Translations under genes and position numbers: made by a program | Source of the DNA: Deltaproteobacteria bacterium | GTDB lineage: Bacteria > Myxococcota_A > Polyangia > DRWM01 > JAAZOP01 | Direction of reading: 5' to 3' | Length of the DNA stretch: 64,000 nucleotides | Assembly: GCA_016218765.1 (NCBI GenBank) | Contig: JACRCZ010000056.1 | Coordinates: 28,162 to 92,161, forward strand | The notes under the pieces: generated by a model | Told to the model about the DNA's origin: nothing | The model's input: only the letters and a program-made list of their open reading frames with translations | Database searches by the model: none | In this document: piece by piece, positions 61,246 through 64,000 of the stretch | Layout of the letters: every line of letters begins with the position of its first letter | Position numbering within the stretch: position 1 is the stretch's first letter

Positions 61246-62877
61246 GTGAGATTCGCGCCATCGTTCCTTTACCTCCCTCTCGCGTTCACCCTCCATTGCA
61301 GCATGTCGGGGGCCGCCGACGACGGGCCCGACGGCGGCCGGGACGTGTCCGACGAGGAGGCGCTGCGCTCGATCCGCTTCGTCGAGGACGGGCCGATCCG
61401 CCTCGTCTACCGCCAGTCGTTCGAGTACTCGGTTCTCGTCACCGACGCCGGCGGTCCCGTCGCGGGAGCCCGCGTCGACGTCGCGCTGCAGGACGGCCAG
61501 GACGCGTCGCTGGATGCGACGGTCCTCCTGACCGGCGCCGACGGCGCCGCCCACGGCTCGCTCGTCGCCGCGACCGTCACCGGCACGTCCCAGCTGCGCG
61601 CGGCGCTGCCGACCGGCGAGACCGCGCTGCTCGAGCTCGAGACCAGCGCTCCCACCGCCGTCCGCGTGACGCTCGACCCGCTCTACGAGGGCGAACGTCG
61701 GGTCCCCGCGTACGACGTCGAGCTGTCTCCCGGGGCGACGTGTCCGGCGGTGTACCGCGGGCCGGGCGACCCGGGCACGACGGTCACCGTGACGGTGAAC
61801 GCTTCCGACCCGTCCTTCGACCTGCCGCTCGCCCTGCTCTACCTGCCCTTGGCGGTCTCGGTGGTGGGCGTGGACGGCGGCGTGTCGCTCACGTGGGGCT
61901 GCACGGACGGCGTGGCGGTCACGCCCGCGGGCGTCGCATCGCTGTCGGTGGTCCTGGCCGACCTGCCCTGGCCGCGCCCGGGCACGCACCCCACGACCAC
62001 GCGGCTCCTGCTGGGACCGCAGGCCGCCGAGGTCGTGCGGGCGATCTTCTCGCCCGTCGCCGCGGCGCTCGACGGGGCAACGTCTCCCGGCGCCCTGGCC
62101 ATCGACGGCATGCTGGCGGCGTTCGACGCCGATGGGAACGCCCCGGCGCGGGAGGTCCTTGCGGCCCGGCGCGCGCTCGACGGGCTCGATGCCGCGGTCG
62201 ATGCGGCGATGCCCGAGTTCGCGGGCGTGCTGCGCGAGGCACGCGACGGCGCCGTCGCGTTCCTGGAGGCGGCGTGGGTCGAGGGTTCGCTCGACCTCGG
62301 CGAGGTCGACGCCGCCGGCGTCGCCGCGTCCGTGGACCGCTGGATCGGCCTGACCGACGGCACGACGGCCGTCCCGTTCGCCGGCGTTTCCGGGCCGGCG
62401 CTGGAAGCGGAGGCCCGCGCCGTCCCGAGCTCGTCCGCGCTGGAGCTGCGCCAGCACGAGATGCCGGTTTCGCTGGCGCGGATCGTCGAGCTGGCCGTCG
62501 GCGCGCGACTAGGCGATTCGGCGTCCGTCTTCACCGGAACGCTCGCCGCGCGCCTCGACGCGCTGGTCCCGTGCGAGGCCCTCGCCGGCGCACTCGCCGG
62601 CTCGCTCGACCTCCTGGCGGTCTGCGACACCGCCTGCCTGGTCCGCTCATGTGCGGCGTGGCACGACGCCCTGGTCGCGTCCGCGGACGCGGTGCTGTCC
62701 GAGGCCGCGACGGGCTACGCCTCGCTGGCGCTCAGCGCCCGCTGCGGCGTCCTGGAGCCCGACGGCGGGCTCGTCGACGCGGGGCGCTGCGACGGCGACG
62801 CGACCGCCCGCTGGAGCGGCATGGCGGGCGGGGATCTTCCCCCGGGCCCCTTCACCGTCGACCCCTCGACGCCGTGA
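61246..62877 (+). CDS. Hypothetical lipoprotein with an N-terminal Ig-like (Big-1-like) domain
   Basis: Signal peptide MRFAPSFLYLPLAFTLHC, and LVTDAGGPVAGARV..LTGADGAA segment. Confidence 0.6.
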   Translation: MRFAPSFLYLPLAFTLHCSMSGAADDGPDGGRDVSDEEALRSIRFVEDGPIRLVYRQSFEYSVLVTDAGGPVAGARVDVALQDGQDASLDATVLLTGADGAAHGSLVAATVTGTSQLRAALPTGETALLELETSAPTAVRVTLDPLYEGERRVPAYDVELSPGATCPAVYRGPGDPGTTVTVTVNASDPSFDLPLALLYLPLAVSVVGVDGGVSLTWGCTDGVAVTPAGVASLSVVLADLPWPRPGTHPTTTRLLLGPQAAEVVRAIFSPVAAALDGATSPGALAIDGMLAAFDADGNAPAREVLAARRALDGLDAAVDAAMPEFAGVLREARDGAVAFLEAAWVEGSLDLGEVDAAGVAASVDRWIGLTDGTTAVPFAGVSGPALEAEARAVPSSSALELRQHEMPVSLARIVELAVGARLGDSASVFTGTLAARLDALVPCEALAGALAGSLDLLAVCDTACLVRSCAAWHDALVASADAVLSEAATGYASLALSARCGVLEPDGGLVDAGRCDGDATARWSGMAGGDLPPGPFTVDPSTP

Positions 62878-63398
62878 CCTCCGCCGCCGACCGCGAAACC
62901 CTCCGGCGGCGCATGGCTGCTGCCGCGAAGCTCGCCGCCCTGCGCCGGACCGAGGAGGACGGGCTGGCCGCGGCGCTGGCCCGTGCCCGCGGTGCGGCCG
63001 AGGCGGCGGGCGAGGCGCGGGCGCGTTGCGAGGAGCGGCGCGCGCGGCTGGGACTCGAGCGCCAGGAGCGGCGCGCGCGACGGCTGGGCGAGGCATCCGG
63101 GCGTCGCGCCGCGCACGCCGCGCACGCGGACGACGAGGATCGCGCGGCGCGCGAGATCCTCCGGCGCGCGGACGACGACGTGCGGCGCGCGCGGGCGGCC
63201 GCCGAGGAGGCCGCGCGGCTCGTCGAGCGCCTCCTGGGGGCGCTGGGCGCCGCGGTTGCCGCACGGCGCGCGGCGGAGGCGGTCGCGGCGCGGGGCGGGG
63301 TCGAGCTGCGGAGGCTGGATGAGGCGGCCGCCGAGGTCGAGCAGGAGGACGTCGCCGTCGCCCGCCAGCACGCCGGCCGCAGGGATCCGCGCCGCTGA
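62874..63398 (+). CDS. Ala/Arg/Glu-rich coiled-coil protein, possibly FliJ/YscO-like
   Basis: The GTG overlaps the upstream stop (GTGA). About 174 aa, entirely helical, with a C-terminal RRLDEAAAE..ED motif. Confidence 0.4.
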   Translation: MTSAADRETLRRRMAAAAKLAALRRTEEDGLAAALARARGAAEAAGEARARCEERRARLGLERQERRARRLGEASGRRAAHAAHADDEDRAAREILRRADDDVRRARAAAEEAARLVERLLGALGAAVAARRAAEAVAARGGVELRRLDEAAAEVEQEDVAVARQHAGRRDPRR

Positions 63399-63502
63399 GC
63401 CGCAGGACCCTCGGCGGGCCGCCGATCGCCTCCCCGGGGCGCCGCTCGACCTTCCGTGCCCCTTTCTTGCCGCGCTCCGTGCCGCGTCGTAGAACGGCCG
63501 CC

Positions 63503-64000
63503 ATGTCTGGTCGGCTTCCAGGCGACCTGGTCGTCGGGCCCGGGCTTTCCGGCGAGCAACGGCCGCGAGCGTTCCGGCTTCCGGCGCGCCGCCTGGCCGT
63601 CGTCGCCCTCCTCGCGCTGGCCGCTTGCCGGTCGCCCGAGCCGGACCGCCGTCGCGACCAGACGCCGCCGTCCGGGCCTGCCCCAACGGAGCCGCGCCCG
63701 TCAGGGCACGACTCGACCGACGATGTCGCTGCAACGGACGCCGATGACCACGTTGGTCCCGGCCTTCCCGACGACGACGCCGGCGCGCCGGATTCCGCGC
63801 CGGACGGCGGCGAGCCGGAGGACGCGACGCAGATTCCCGCTCTGACCGTCGAGCTGGGGACGGCGCTGCAGGGACGGGTCGCCGAGCTGGCAGCGGAGGC
63901 GTTCGCAGCCGGGGAGTTCGAGGACGCCGCGGGGTTCTTCGAGCGGCTGGCGCGGGACACCCCGCGCGACGCGCCGGGCTGGTACGACGCTTCGCTCATG
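63503..64000 (+). CDS. N-terminal part of a lipoprotein with a probable TPR repeat; runs off the window
   Basis: Frame is open from ATG 63503 to the end. Lipobox LAAC, acidic linker, and AAEAFAAGEFEDAAGFFERLA. Confidence 0.6.
   Translation, partial: MSGRLPGDLVVGPGLSGEQRPRAFRLPARRLAVVALLALAACRSPEPDRRRDQTPPSGPAPTEPRPSGHDSTDDVAATDADDHVGPGLPDDDAGAPDSAPDGGEPEDATQIPALTVELGTALQGRVAELAAEAFAAGEFEDAAGFFERLARDTPRDAPGWYDASLM

Overview
A very GC-rich (about 70% or more, judged by eye) bacterial chromosome segment. It is most consistent with a Myxococcota/deltaproteobacterial organism capable of anaerobic redox metabolism; this is inferred from two Hanks-type kinases, about 16 lipoproteins with acidic Asp/Gly/Ala linkers, sigma54-type promoters, an indolepyruvate oxidoreductase and a HydABC-like module. 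About 45 real genes are present, and most long ORFs in the supplied track are antisense or frame shadows. Housekeeping genes include tdk, hemB, a 5-formyl-THF cyclo-ligase, an APS-type cysH, tusA/dsrE-like genes, an M16 peptidase and a tRNA(CAT), probably Ile2. I found no rRNA, CRISPR array, integrase or transposase. The main observations are: (1) a stand-alone type I PKS/FAS of about 2958 aa (KS-ACP-ACP-AT-KS-KR-DH-PPTase) in which both ACPs carry Thr rather than Ser at the phosphopantetheine site, with a PPTase fused in cis; (2) four complete six-cysteine CS-alpha-beta defensin-pattern modules in two lipoproteins, one next to a protein with ADAM-disintegrin-like repeats; (3) several families of short REP-like or periodic DNA elements that occur both between genes and in frame inside protein linkers and lipoprotein signal peptides; (4) an IorA with a GltD-like flavin module inserted at its ferredoxin domain, and an orphan HydC-HydB fusion with bifurcation-type motifs but no catalytic subunit. 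All assignments come from motif reading; no searches were run.
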